From the NCBI GenBank assembly GCA_964016885.1, contig OZ024743.1:248372001-248436000 (forward strand): a stretch of DNA of 64,000 bases. Reading direction: 5' to 3'. A model generated the notes under the pieces. It searched no databases. It saw only the letters and a program-made list of their open reading frames with translations, and had not been told where the DNA came from. Positions 44,176-57,727 of the stretch are shown here, one piece after another (the stretch's first letter is position 1; every line of letters starts with the position of its first letter). This DNA is from Eledone cirrhosa. Lineage: Eukaryota. Position numbers and translations under genes: made by a program.

Positions 44176-44948
44176 GTAAAGTATATTGTTGTTATATTAC
44201 TTATATGTGGGAGAAGGCAGTGGATTGGCAGCATCGGTATAGCGTCGAACAACATGTTTTGCGGCATATAGTACGGTTTTACGTCTGAGTTCAAATACCA
44301 GAGAGGTTAGCTCTTCATTTTCACGCGGTCGGTAACGCATTGGGATCGATTTAATCGACTTTCCCCTTCTCTTCAAATTGCTGAACTTGTACGAAATGTA
44401 GAAACAATTATTTATATGCAGAAGAAATTGCTAGCTTGTCCTAATATGATTATTACTAAAAAGAATCTTCCTAAATTCACAAGATTCGTTGATCAAGCGT
44501 TAGGTCAAGAATGTTTATACTTCTTGCTCCGATGGCGTATCGCCAGTTCGCAACTTCCCGAAGCGCATTCTCTCGAATAAGCGTTTGACTAGCATTCTAA
44601 ACTCAATTATCTCGAAAGCAGATTGTAAATTCCGGCCCTAATTTACGAAGCTGACCTTCGAGATCTCCTCAACCATACCTGTAGTCGTAACTCTATTGTT
44701 GTTAGGGAAACACGAATAAGCGCGTTATTACTGAAAGTTTGAAGTATCATTAACGCTAGAGCGTCGATTTCCTGAAGTCTTCATCTCATATACAGTAGAC
44801 GATCCTGGAGCTCAAACTACAGCTTTCATTTTTTTTTAAATGTCATTTTTGAAAATTTACATATAATTGATCAAGTCATTTGACAATTGCCCTTTTTTTT
44901 TTTTTTTCTACTGATTTTACTCATTAGACTACGGCTATGCCGGAGCTT

Positions 44949-45732
44949 GGCGATATCCAATTTTAGTGGACTAAATGCTGCTTACGTGCTGTAGTTGCTG
45001 CTTACTTCAATGTATGAGGCTATTCCAACAAATTTACATTCCCTTTTTTTTAGCCGTTAAAAGAAATATAGATTTATTTATTGTTTTTTTTTGCGATTTA
45101 TTTGCCACTGGGGCATAGATTTCTTTATTTGCCATGTTTTTGTTTGTTTGTTTGTTTTTTTTGCCGATCTGTGGGGATATGTCGCCGGCCAACAAATGGT
45201 CCTCTTCTTCCGATACCACTTCGAAAGAAGGATCAAGGTGGAGGGAAAGGCACTCAGTCCCAGCCAATTCCATGAAAGACGGGTGAAAGTAGCAATAATG
45301 GCCCGTGTAAGTGGGCCATCTCTCTATATCGGCTTGTACAGGTAAGAGAAGAAGGGAGCACCCCCCTTTCTCTGTGCTCCCTGGCAGAAAGGTCGCACAC
45401 TTTCTACGGGGGTGTGTGTGACCCCAAAAGGCTGCCTCTCTATTGAGGACTTAATTTTTTATATTCCTTTTTAATCACTCGTTAAATGTTTGTACTTGAT
45501 TTTTGTAAAAACTTCCCCCGCCTAATGCTCTAGTGGCAAATAAATCGCAAAAAACAAACAAACAAACAAAAACGTGGCAAATAAATCGCAAAAAAAAACA
45601 ATAAATAAATCTATATTTCTTTTAACGGCTAAAAAAAGGGAATGTAAATTTGTTGGAATAGCCTCATACATTGAAGTAAACAGCAACTACAGCACGTAAG
45701 CAGCATTTAGTCCACTAAAATTGGATATCGCC
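44949..45732. mobile_element. Non-autonomous DNA transposon with ~160-bp TIRs (Merlin- or Mutator-like) in MDP1 intron 1
   Basis: GGCGATATCC...GGATATCGCC termini. 8-bp TSD CGGAGCTT at 44941-44948 and 45733-45740. Arms 44949-45108 vs 45574-45732. Confidence 0.85.
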
Positions 45733-47069
45733 CGGAGCTTTATTCAATCGATTATATTATTGAAAAATGTTTATTCACTGTTGTATAAAAATAAATATAA
45801 TAATACAAAGCACAAACAAATATAATATAAAGAAAAGGGAAAGGGAAAACAATTGACTTGACTGAAAGAAAACGGGATAGTTATGGCAAATCAAATTTAG
45901 GAATTACCATGAAGACATGATGATGTTAATGCATTTACAAGTTTATGTGATCCTACATTATTTACGAAAGAATTGACAGATGCAACGTGTCCGAACACGG
46001 AAGAACCGAACTCCCACCGTCATCGCCCCCATCTCTTTCGCCCCCCTCCCATCTCTCTGTATAGTGAGCAAATAGAGTCCCACGTGCTGGTCGCCTCACA
46101 GCCCCGGCGGACAGAATGGAGAAGGCGTTTCCCCGTATTTACATATGTTACACACACACACACATTCTATGTCTGTATGTTTGTGTGTGTTTGCGTGTAG
46201 GTTTATGTTCCGTAACTGAGGTTCGACACAAAAGAGATCTATAAAATAAGTATCAAACAAAACACAAATACATACTGTTTTCATTATGAGGAACTAAATC
46301 AAAGCAATGCCCCAGTATAGCCGCAGTTTAATGACTGAAATTAGTAAAAGAATATAAGAACATTTGTGTGGTCGATCATTGGTCAAGATATCAAGGTATC
46401 AAGTTATCACGCGTGCTCTCTCTCTCTCTCCTTCTTTGGAAGAAATCTACTGTGTTATGACATGAAGAGGGATGGGCTCCGCCAGGCTTAAAATGCCCAA
46501 GAAACGATGTATGCCACTACAGCACCACTGCAACTCCACCAGGAGTTACGGGACCATACCATATCCCCACCCAGAAAAAACAAAGTGTAGGAGACATTAA
46601 TAACATAATTTTGGCAGTATCGGTAGAGGGTCGGACGCCATGCTTTGCAGCAAAGAGTTACGGCCCTTTATGGTCTGAGTTCAAATCCAGCCGAGGTTAA
46701 CTTTGCCTTTCATCCTTACGGGGTCGATAAAATAAAGTACCAGTAATAAACTGAGATGATTGCTGGTCTTGTGTCAAAAGTAGAAACAATAATTTGTTTT
46801 AGGTTTTTCTTATAACTCTTAGTAAATGTAAAATACCATTTTAATGGATGAAAAATGAAAGAAATATTTTACCTAAGGATTTTAATTATCCTTCTTATTT
46901 AGACACGAAATGAAATATTATTACTTAATATACACTTGGTTTATGTTATTTCTGTTGGTCCCTTCTCCGTTTGTTGTGTTAGAATACTGGTATAAATTCC
47001 ACCTTGTACAGAAATTTTATTGTTTATTATCATCTTTTTCTGTATTAAAATTATTATTTTTTTAATAGT

Positions 47070-49200
47070 TAGAGAACAGCGCCTCTCAGACTGGTGATAT
47101 CAATGCACTTCATTAGGAACATCTGTAAGTTATCTGTAGGGAAAATGGGGAAGGGGAGAGGGGGGGGGGGGGGGGGTTGTGTCTTTTTGGAAAAATAATT
47201 GGAAGGGATTTGGGAAAGGAGTAACACACAGTAGGGATAACAAGAGGAAGATAGTTTAGTGTGTCTGGTAGATCTAGGTGGAGGTGCTGTGTAGCTTACA
47301 TGTGTCATATGTTAAAATAAATTAGGTGTATGATGAAAGATAGCATGTCTGCACTAGATACAGATCTACAGTTCTATGGAAAGTGTATTAAGATCACTGA
47401 GGAGAGAAAGAAACTCAAGCAGTTGTTTGAGACAGTTCATAGTCTTTGAGATGTTTAAAGTTGGTAGTTGGCAGCAGGTCTGTTGCCAGGATTTTGCAAT
47501 CGAGGTGGGAAGGAGTTTTTGTACATTCTTGGTGGGTACTCTATTTTGCAATAATTCTAATGTGGGATTTCAGAATAAGCATATCACCATATCTTTTTCT
47601 GAATCTGAGGGTGTACAGTTGAAAAGTAGGAGAGAGGGCACTGACCCCTTTCTTTTAGCTTGGTTGGCAGGAACTAATAAAGCTGCCTTTAAAGAGAACT
47701 GGATACAATGTTGCATATTTCTAGGTAGATATAGAATGAACCTATGTTGGTTGAGTGTTCTTTTTTTCATGTAAGAAGCTGAGCATTCCACAAACACATG
47801 TACCCTTTAACTAATTTGCAAGATTTAACATGATACAATGCATGACTAGGCTGACCCATTCAATTGCAGGTACAGTCCATCCAACAGGTTTCCAAACAGT
47901 TTCCATCTACCCAATTTCACTCACAAGGCATGATTCGACCAGAAGCTATGGTAAATGACATATTCAAGATGTCACACAGTGGAGTTGAACCCAGAATAAC
48001 TGAAACAAACTTCTTAACCATTCAGCAATACTGTGTCAACTCAAGATTGATATAGGTCTCTTTAGAATGAGAAAAATTGAAGTGTGTAGTGAATCAGCTC
48101 TGGAGTGCACTCACTGTTTCATGACAATGAAAGATTGGTTGTCTTGTTGGGTTGGAGTGAATAGAGGAATTTTTATCTAGGTGAATGAGTGTTTAGACTG
48201 ATAAAGCAGGTTGCATGAATGAGGAGTGTTTAGGAAGAGATATTTGTGTGTGTATTCATACATGCATCATAGAAATGAAAGCAATATGAATAGTAAATAT
48301 GGCAAATTTATTTGCAAGTGTACTGCAAATACATTGATGGTGTTATGACAGGATAGGGGATTTTGAAAAGTCAGTAGCGACCCTTCAAAGATGATAAATT
48401 TAAAGAGAATTGGGTTGAGATATATGCCTTCAATACTAGCCAAGATATATTTGAATAACTGTTGGTGGTTGAAGGAGTTCAGAGAGTGGTGGAGGGAGCA
48501 GATGGACTTAGAAGGATGAAGAAGGGAGACCTTCAATTAAAGTAAGAAGTCTTTGATCTGAAATCCAGATGAAAGAGGTGAGTGGTGGGAAGTGTAGATC
48601 TATTTAAACACCTATTACCACTTCTTAGAAATAAGTTGGAGTATAAGTACAGACTTGACAGCAGAGACACTCAAGAGATTTGTCTTACAGAGAGGAATAA
48701 GATATATAGTTTGTGTATTAGTAGCAGGTGATGGGTAGGGCAAAGTTGAATCACCAGATATTGCGATAAAAGGGAGATAATTAAAAGATTGACTCTTGTT
48801 CACTTTAATATAATAGAATTCTTCATTGTTTTTGTATTAATAGGGAAGAAGAGAAATGGAAACAACATATCACGAGTTGCCACTAAGCACTACATACATC
48901 TCTAGGAGCAGTCTTGTTGGAACATGTAGCTGTGTGTTGGTCTTTTGAAATCTTGTTTATGCTGGGATATCAGAAACTGGAAGAGCAGAGGACTCAGGAT
49001 TATGTGTCTCCTATGGTTTTGGACCGCAGTCTTCTCTGGCTGAGAACCTTTGCTGGGAAATAATTTCTGCCTGTACCTTTTGTTAGTCAGAGTCATTATA
49101 CAAGGAAAGACTGTGTATTGAAAGACTACCATTTCAAACTGTAGTAGGCTTGTAATAGAACAAACTCAGCTAATGTTAAACAAGGGTCATGTGGTGGTGT
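47070..49200 (-). mobile_element. Probable old degraded non-LTR retrotransposon
   Basis: Purine-skewed + strand and broken ORF fragments on -. No diagnostic motif recognised. Confidence 0.3.
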
Positions 49201-49816
49201 GAAATCAGATAGTGAGTGTATTTGTTCTAATCCTTAATTTTGAAAAATAATATATATATATAAACAAGATAATTAATATAGGAGGAAATTTCTCGCTATT
49301 TTGTTAAAAGAAAGTTCTAGTTGCTTAATATAAGCCCGGTAATGTGCATTTTCAATAACATAGTGTCGCTATGAAGTGTTTATCAGCATTCTTGGTCTGA
49401 GTTCAAATCCCACCAAGGTTAACTTTACCTTTCATCCTTACGGGGTCGATAAAATAAAGCACTGGGATAATTGCTGGCCTTGTGCCAAAAGTAGAAACAA
49501 TTATTAAACCCACATTATTATGAAGGAAGTCTTCAGGCTCTTTTTATCTTGTGTTCAAATCTCGCTGAAGTCAATTTTGTGTTTCATCTTTTTTGATGAG
49601 GTTGATTTAACCACTTATCCACCCACTCTCCCAAATTGCTGGCCTTGTGTCTAAATTCAAGACAATTATTATGAAAATGTTGTGATAGAATAATAAGTTC
49701 TTGATTTCAATTCAAATGAAATCACTCTTATTCTCTGAGATGATTTGAAAAAGATTTGATACCTCAAAATCTTTTTTCATTGATTTTCCTCAAAAAGTAT
49801 TATATCTAATTAAGAA

Positions 49817-50728
49817 ATCATCATCATTTCTATCATCATTGACATCATCATTTCTATCATCATTGACATCATCATTTCTATCATCATTGTCATCATCATT
49901 TCTATCATCATTGTCATCATCATTTCTATCATCATTGACATCATCATTTCTATCATCATTGACATCATCATTTCTATCATCATTGTCATCATTATTTCTA
50001 TCATCATTGACATCATCATTTCTATCATCATTGTCATCATCATTTCTATCATCATTGACATCATCATTTCTATCATCATTGTCATCATCATTTCTATCAT
50101 CATTGACATCATCATTTCTATCATCATTGTCATCATCATTTCTATCATCATTGACATCATCATTTCTATCATCATTGACATCATCATTTCTATCATCATT
50201 GTCATCATCATTTCTATCATCATTGACATCATCATTTCTATCATCATTGTCATCATTATTTCTATCATCATTGTCATCATCATTTCTATCATCATTGTCA
50301 TCATCATTTCTATCATCATTGTCATCATTATTTCTATCATCATTGACATCATTATTTCTATCATCATTGTCATCATCATTTCTATCATCATTGTCATCAT
50401 CATTTCTATCATCATTGACATCATCATTTCTATCATCATTGTCATCATCATTTCTATCATCATTGTCATCATCATTTGTATCATCATTGTCATCATCATT
50501 TCTATCATCATTGTCATCATCATTTCTATCATCATTGACATCATCATTTCTATCATCATTGACATCATCATTTCTATCATCATTGTCATCATCATTTCTA
50601 TCATCATTGTCATCATCATTTCTATCATCATTGTCATCATCATTTCTATCATCATTGTCATCATCATTTCTATCATCATTGTCATCATCATTTCTATCAT
50701 CATTGACATCATCATTATCATTGTCATC
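49817..50728. repeat. 24-bp minisatellite (CATCATCATTTCTATCATCATTG[A/T]), about 38 copies, just upstream of MDP1 exon 2
   Basis: 8-codon periodicity in both spurious ORFs (MMMTMMIE / SSSFLSSL). Confidence 0.95.
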
Positions 50729-50759
50729 CTAATTATGTATCAATTTATATTTTTAATAG

Positions 50760-50817
50760 ATTTCACTTTGTGGCCTTTCTGGGTTGATACTCATGTTTCT
50801 CCACCTTTCCAATTAAG
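50760..50817 (+). CDS. MDP1: MDP1 exon 2
   Basis: DFTLWPFWVDTHVSPPFQL, typical of MDP1. AG/GT boundaries in phase. Confidence 0.95.
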
Positions 50818-51714
50818 GTAAGATATCATCATTACTAGCATCATACTTGCATGGGCTGGACATCATAATTTTGTGCAGGGTTTTTCTAGTTGGGTGCCCT
50901 TCCTATGACCAATCACTTTAATGTGTGAACTCAGTGCATTTTATTGTGCCACTGACACTAGAGAGGTTTTCTGACTGGACGTAAGAGGCCTTTATACCTT
51001 GTGTCAATTTTGATTCAGAGTGACCCTTCTCTTAGACAGGTTGCTTATTTTGAGACTTACAGATCCCACATCTATCCTGTTAATAACTTATATGAATCTT
51101 CAGTTATTGTATTTAAATTGGGATAAATGTTATTTGACCTTCTGTACCAGTTTTAGATTCTCTTCTCTTTTTAACAGTGTTTACTGCATCCAATTACAAC
51201 AGATTTTATATTCACTTCAATTATTAGCAATTTATCATTTTCCCAGTGGCTAAAAATATCAGATTCTATACATTTATTAACAATTTTAGATTATTAAGAT
51301 TATAACTTTCCAAATTATTAACCTCATCTTTAGAGTATATATTTACAATATATATATATACTCACTGTGTTGAGGAAGCTTCTACATAGTCACTTGAACT
51401 GCTCGAAATAGCAGCCAAATCTTACTCAAATCACATCCTACTGTTTTGGTAAAGGAACGAACACATTGCCTAATGTAGTCATAGATACCCTTAAAAGACA
51501 GAATGTTCATGACTGGAACGGTTTTGATCATATAACTGCTCAATCAAAACTCACCTGGGGCTAAACAACAAGAGGTGTGTTATTGTCTAAATCTGTCAGT
51601 TCTTTTTGTTTAAATATTCTGGTTTACTACTTTAAATGTTTTCCTTTTTCTTTCAATATTTTTCTTTTCTCTACTGTTCTTAATATTTTCTCCCCATCCA
51701 AACATGCAAGGTGG

Positions 51715-51930
51715 TGAAGGCATGTTGCCTAATGGTTAAGGTGTTGGTCTCACAATCATAGATGTCATGGGTTTGATCTCTGGTTTGGACAGCATGTTAT
51801 GTCCTTGAGCAAGAAACATCCACTCAGCTGAAAATGAGTACCAGCATCAGCAGTTGGGGGATTAATCATGCAACAAACTGGTGTCTCGATCAAATGAAAC
51901 CAGGATAAGCTGAAGCCTGATGAGTTTCTA
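51715..51930 (+). mobile_element. Degenerate tRNA-derived SINE (second family)
   Basis: tRNA-like head, GTCCTTGAGCAAG and AAATGAGTACCAG core motifs. Confidence 0.5.
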
Positions 51931-53039
51931 TATTCAAGAAAGACTTTTTAAAAATGCAAGTTGTGTACCATGTATCATCACTGTTTAAGACTACCAACAG
52001 TACCGTCTTCTCCTCCTCCTCTAATTATCTCTATTGTACTTATCTCAACATATACCTAGGCCATACATATGTCTCATGAAGCCATATATTTGGCCCTGGA
52101 AAGTTTTTCTTCAAGGTGCAGACCTTTTTATGAAAGACCAACAGTCACTCAAGAGAAAAGCAAAGTCTGATACAGCTTAGCACCAATGATTGTCACAGGT
52201 AAGCCTAGAACATGAAGGGGTAAAAAGATCCTGTAAGGCATCACGTCCAACACTAACAATTCTATCAATCCACCAACTTGGACTGTTACTTGAGCAACCA
52301 CAAAAAGATGGAAGGGAAAGTTGACCTTGATAGCATCTGAACTCAGAGAACTATTCCTACCCAGAAAACACGACCTTCTAAAATGACCACGCTGCCCACA
52401 AGTTCAAGCTGGATATCAACCTCATCAACACCACTAGTGTGGAAGACATGCAAAGGTTATAGACACTGTACCTCTCCTCAGATTAAATTTAAAAAAAAAG
52501 TTACCAAAGCAGTTACCTAGGAAAGAATGAAAGTAACAGTTTGTTTTTGATTTCTGTTAAGTCATCATCATCATTTTTACATCTGTTTTTCTTTGCTTGT
52601 ATAGGTTTGATGAGTCCTCTCCAGCTCACCATCTCTGTACTTGTCTTTTTCTCTTGTCATCTCTTTTGTGAGGTTCAACATTTTCAGATCTGCTTTCACT
52701 ACTTCTACCCAAGTCTTCCTTAATCAACCTCTACTACATCTTTCTTCCACATGGAGTTCCTGGCACAACTTCACACAAAGATCATTATCTATATTACATG
52801 TGTCTCATACCAGTGCAATCTCCTCTCTTGCACACAACCGCTAATAACTCGCATACCCAGTTATTATTTTAATTTCTTTTCTTTATAGCTCTGGTTCAAC
52901 AGGTTTATAGTAGGAAAGTAGCCAACATAACTTCTTTTGTATAAATATCAGTGTATAGAAGAGTTGAACAATAAGATAAATTCCTTGTCCTTTGTTTATG
53001 TTTGTATCTGATAATTTATTTGAATTTTCTTTTTATTAG

Positions 53040-53150
53040 AGATGATAAAGTATATGATTCCAATGGAGATCATGTGAAACATTACCCTGAAGTCCCAGAA
53101 GTGTTAGAGTCCCTTCACAGTCAAGGTTACAAACTTGGTGTTGCTTCCAG
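53040..53150 (+). CDS. MDP1: MDP1 exon 3
   Basis: DDKVYDSNGDHVKHYPEVPEVLESLHSQGYKLGVASR (HAD motif II ASRT). AG/GT in phase. Confidence 0.95.
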
Positions 53151-53277
53151 GTATTTCACTTCATTAGATTTTATGATTGAATGCGTCACTTTGAAAATAC
53201 AAATATTATTTATAACTCAATATATTTTATTATAAAAATCTTAATTTTCTTTTAATGAATTATTTTGGTTATACTAG

Positions 53278-53385
53278 AACATTGGCAATTGGAAGCGCAA
53301 AACATTTGATGGAGTTATTTGGCTGGAATAAATATTTTGAATTTACTGAGATTTATCCAGGAGAGAAAACAATCCACTTTTCCCA
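53278..53385 (+). CDS. MDP1: MDP1 exon 4
   Basis: TLAIGSAKHLMELFGWNKYFEFTEIYPGEKTIHFS (EIYPGxK motif III). AG/GT in phase. Confidence 0.95.
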
Positions 53386-53742
53386 GTATGTATTATATTT
53401 AATTTTTCTCACAATAATATACTTGTCTTTCAAAAGCAATATAAATATAGAATTAAATGTAATAAAATAAGTTATTATACTCAAATTGTTAGTTATTTTA
53501 CTCGTCCTAACAGATATATTTTAGCTGTAAATAACTTCATTGACAGACTATATTTTGTATATTTGGGGAGGGTCATGTTGTTATAATATTGCCAGAAAAA
53601 TATATAGTAAAACACACTCACTGTTCGGTATGGGTTGGTTTTTGCTTCAGTATATTTTATATTTCTATAATTAATTCAGCTGGCAATCAATGTTTATCAT
53701 TGATTGAGCAACAGTTAAAAATATAGATATAAATATAGTTTC

Positions 53743-53782
53743 TCAGAGTTCTTTCGTCACACAACTGTGACATCATCAGTGA
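53743..53782 (-). ncRNA. Solitary candidate minimal hammerhead, antisense in MDP1 intron 4
   Basis: Minus strand TCA CTGATGA T GTCACA-GTTG-TGTGAC GAAA GAAC TC TGA. Stem I is only 3 bp. Confidence 0.5.
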
Positions 53783-54779
53783 TGTTATTATGTTTCCTCC
53801 TGTTAAACCCTAAATTGATAAATCAAAACTGACAAAAAATTACCTTCAATCTACTAGTCTTTTTCAATGGTAGAAAATCTAGATTTGACAAAGCAACAAC
53901 TAATAATCTCTCCTTCATCATATACTTGTGTAATATGTATATCATCATTTTAACGTCCACTTTCCCTGCTAGCAAGGGTTGGATGGGTCTACATAGACCA
54001 AGTCTGAAGTGGAGCTATTGATCTCCCAGACAGGCCATCTGTGTCTCGCTTATGTATGGTCTCACATTCCACCGAGTGCACAGGAAAGGTTGTCATGTCT
54101 TTGACACAACTGAGGGTCTTCTCAACCTTTTATTTGGCAAGATTTCTCTGGCTAGATGCCCTGCTTATCACCAACCTCTTTATAGTGTGTACAAAGTACG
54201 TTTATCGTGTAGGTCACCAAACACTAAGGAAGTTCTCATCTCCTTGGCATGACTGAAGAGTCCTCCCAGCTCTTTGTTTGGCAAGTCCTCCATGGCTGGA
54301 TACCTTTCCCATCACCAGCCACTTTACAGCATGTACTGGGTGCATTTATCATGTATATCACCAACACTAGAAAAGTTGTGTCTTTGACACAACTAAAGGG
54401 TCCTCTCAACCCTTTTAGGCAAGGTTTCTACCTCTTTATTTGATTGTAATAATTTGTCTTTATGATATAAATATGTATATTATGATAAAGCATATTTAAA
54501 AATATAGTCTAAGACAAATTTTTAGCCATCACTACATGTGTAAACTAATTAAGATTACTAAGATACACTGAACCGTTGTAATCAATTGTATCCCTCTATC
54601 ATAGGGTCTTTGATAGAAATTTTGCATGGTGGGAACAGACTATTTCCTGACTCCCTGGAGGAGGGTGCTTCTCTCAAAGTTTAAGAGGGCTGTGAAGGTT
54701 TATTATTTAGAGGATGGTTTATCAGCAGTATTAGTTGAGTGTCAGAAAACATGCTTTGTGGCATATAGATACATCCCTA

Positions 54780-55690
54780 TACATTCTGAGTTCAAATCTC
54801 ACCTTGCCTTTCATCCTTATGGGATTGATAAAAGTACCAGTAATGCACTGGGGCCAGCCAATATAATCAACTTTCCCCTCATCCAAAATTGTTGGCCTAG
54901 TGTCTAAAATCAAGCCATTATTTGAGCATAGTTACGTCCCTTTACGATCTGAGTTCAAATCCCGCCGAGGTTGACTTTGCCTTTCATCCTTACGGGGTCG
55001 ATAAAATAAAGTACCAGTAATGCACTGGGTAATTGCTGGCCTTGTGCCTAAAGTAAAAACAATTATTTAGACATCCCTTTACGATCTGAGTTCAAATCCG
55101 GCCGAGGTTAACTTTGCCTTTCATCCTTGCGGGGTCGATAAAATAAAGTACCAGTAATGTACTGGGTATTTGCTGGCCTTGTGCCTAAAATAGAAACAAT
55201 TATTTAGTTTCTACTTTTTGGCACAAGGCTAGCAATTATCCAGTGTATTACTGGTACTTTATTTTATCATCCCTATAAGGATAAAAGGCAAAGTTAACCT
55301 CAAATCCCGCCAAGATTAACTTTGCAGGGTTAACTTTACAGGGTCAATAAAATAATGTACCAGTAATACACTGGATAATTGCTGGCCTTGTGCCAAAAAG
55401 TAGAAACAATTATTTAGTAGGTGGGGGCACCAGATATTAATAGGCCCCTCTTTGTCTCTCTAACTTCTACTCCCATACATATTTGTAGCTTCAATTAATA
55501 TTGATTTCTAAATTTGGCACTAGACCAGAAAATTTTGGGGAAGGACAAAATTAATTAAATCAACCCCAATACTTGACTGGTACTTTATTCTATTGACTCT
55601 GGAAGGAAGAATGAAAAGAAAAGTTGACCTTGGCAGAATTTGAACTGAAAATGAGTCGGAACAGATACTGCAATGGCATTTTATCTGAAG
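54780..55690. mobile_element. Cluster of OK-type SINE copies in tandem and inverted orientation
   Basis: + copies ~54785-54910, 54935-55045, 55075-55200, 55300-55412. - copies ~55205-55300, 55510-55690. Confidence 0.8.
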
Positions 55691-56074
55691 GTCTACCAGT
55701 TCAGTCAATCCATCACCCTTGTAGTTTCAATTAGTATTAAAATAGATGATTATGTTAGTATCACAGGTTGTTAGTACTGTGTTTATGAATGCCTTGACAT
55801 ATTGAATTCATGATATACCATGTATATTCGAATATAAGCTGACCTCACTATTTTATGTCTGAAAAATGGGCAAAAATCCAAACCTTATTTATGTAGAATT
55901 TGAAGTTGGTGAAATTGTCAAAATATTGACCCCGAATCCTTCTACCATCGATATTTTGGTCACATATTTCTCAGTTTATATTCAAGTATATACACAGTGA
56001 CGTAGCTAGAGTGTGTGCCAACCAGGGCAGCCCCTCAGTTTGCCACCCCAGCCCCCACAAAAAATACATATTGT

Positions 56075-56845
56075 TCAGTGACTCCTCAAAATGAAAAGCA
56101 GACTGTATGATGCATACCTACAAATAGCAAAGTTACATGGTAGTGAGACCTGGGCGTTGTGTACAGAAGACTTGCGTAGATTAGAAAGAAACGAAGCTTG
56201 CATGCTCTGATGGATGTGTAATAGTAATATACGTGAATGGCAAAGCATAAACGAATTAAGAGAGAGACTAAGCATAAGAGGAATCAAATGTGTGCAGGAG
56301 AGGAGATTGCATTGGTATGGACATGTGATGCATATGAAGGATGAGTGTTGCATAAAAAAGTGCAGAGCACTAAAAGTCGATGGAAGCCTTGAAGTGGGGA
56401 GACCCAAGAAGACCTGGAATGAGGTGATAAAAACTGACCTTGCCCAATTGCACCTCTCAAAGGTGATGACACAGGACCATGACCTCTGGCATTACGCAGT
56501 AATACAGAAGACCCGAGTTCCCATGGATACCAGCCGAAGCTGAGGCATGTAGACAATATACCCCCATGCTCCTCCCACTGTAAAGCAGTCGTGTAGGGGT
56601 CATGACAAAAAGCACCCAGTCCACACTGTAAAGTGGTCGTGTAGGTGTCACGGTAAAAAAGCACCCAGCACTCACTGTAAATGAGGTTGGTGTTAGAAAG
56701 GGCCTCCAGCTATGGAAACCAAGCCAAAATCAGTTCTGTATGAGCAAGACATGGTCACCTGACCTAGCATTGCCCACAACAAGACAACTTGTCTAACCCA
56801 TGCTAGCATGGAAACATTGACGTAAAATGGTGATGATGATGATAT
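56075..56845 (+). mobile_element. RTE-like LINE 3' fragment with (GAT)n tail
   Basis: LHGSETW..., RRLHWYGHVMHM...GRPKKTWNEVIKTDL. Tail GACGTAAAATGGTGATGATGAT. Confidence 0.8.
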
Positions 56846-57727
56846 ATATATATATATATATTAACTAGTCTGTGTAAAATTATAATATTATGCTGCAGCA
56901 TTAAAAGAGAGCTTATAGCCTACAACAGACCCCAAATTGCTGCCCCAATAAAAGTATCACCTGGGGCAGACTGCACTCCCTCTAGCTACGCTATTGTATT
57001 TACGGTAATTGATTTCAGAAGTTATATTGATAATTAAATTTTAATTTCTGTATCATAATCCACCAACACTACTATTACCCCCACTATCATCATGATTGGC
57101 ATGATTCATTGCTAGTATGTGTTGGATTTATATGTAATGAAGTTTCCTTTTTTCCATCTTGATCATGTATCTTTTTATGTGAAGTCAAGATAATATAAGC
57201 TGATCTGAATTTATGCACATCCCCACCCCTTTTTATGTCCAAGAAATCATAAAAAAAAATCCAAACTATGTTTATATGCTGGGGCAGGTAATCAACACAT
57301 GTTTTGATGGCACAGTTTATGAAGTTTTAATATTTTAAAATTTTAAATGTCTTAAGTGTTGTTCACAACTCCATTATGTAATGATTTTTTTTACCAATTT
57401 TCAGTCGTTTTGAAGGTCATATACATTCAAAACATATTAAAAAAAAATAGGAAATACGAATTTCATGACGAAGGGCAATATTCACCTCCAAAGCAAAAAT
57501 ATTTTAGCATCTCATTTATGTAGTATTTTGAAGTTAGTGAAAATTGGCAAAATATTGAATCGAATATAAGCCATTTTACCATCAACTTTTTGGAAACATT
57601 TATATGACATGCTGTTGACGACTTGTTAGGGTTGATTCATTCATAAAATAAACTAGTAAAAGAAAAACAAAAAACAAAAAAAAACAGACCTAACTAAAAA
57701 GTCTATTTTTCTTTTCTTGTTCTCAAG

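Noticed and set aside
45281-45295. 13-bp match (GGGTGAAAGTAGC) to the 2538-2640 hairpin arm
   Set aside because: Too short, with no flanking similarity. Likely chance.
49810-50732. 305-aa Met-rich and 297-aa Ser-rich ORFs
   Set aside because: Products of a 24-bp minisatellite within an MDP1 intron.
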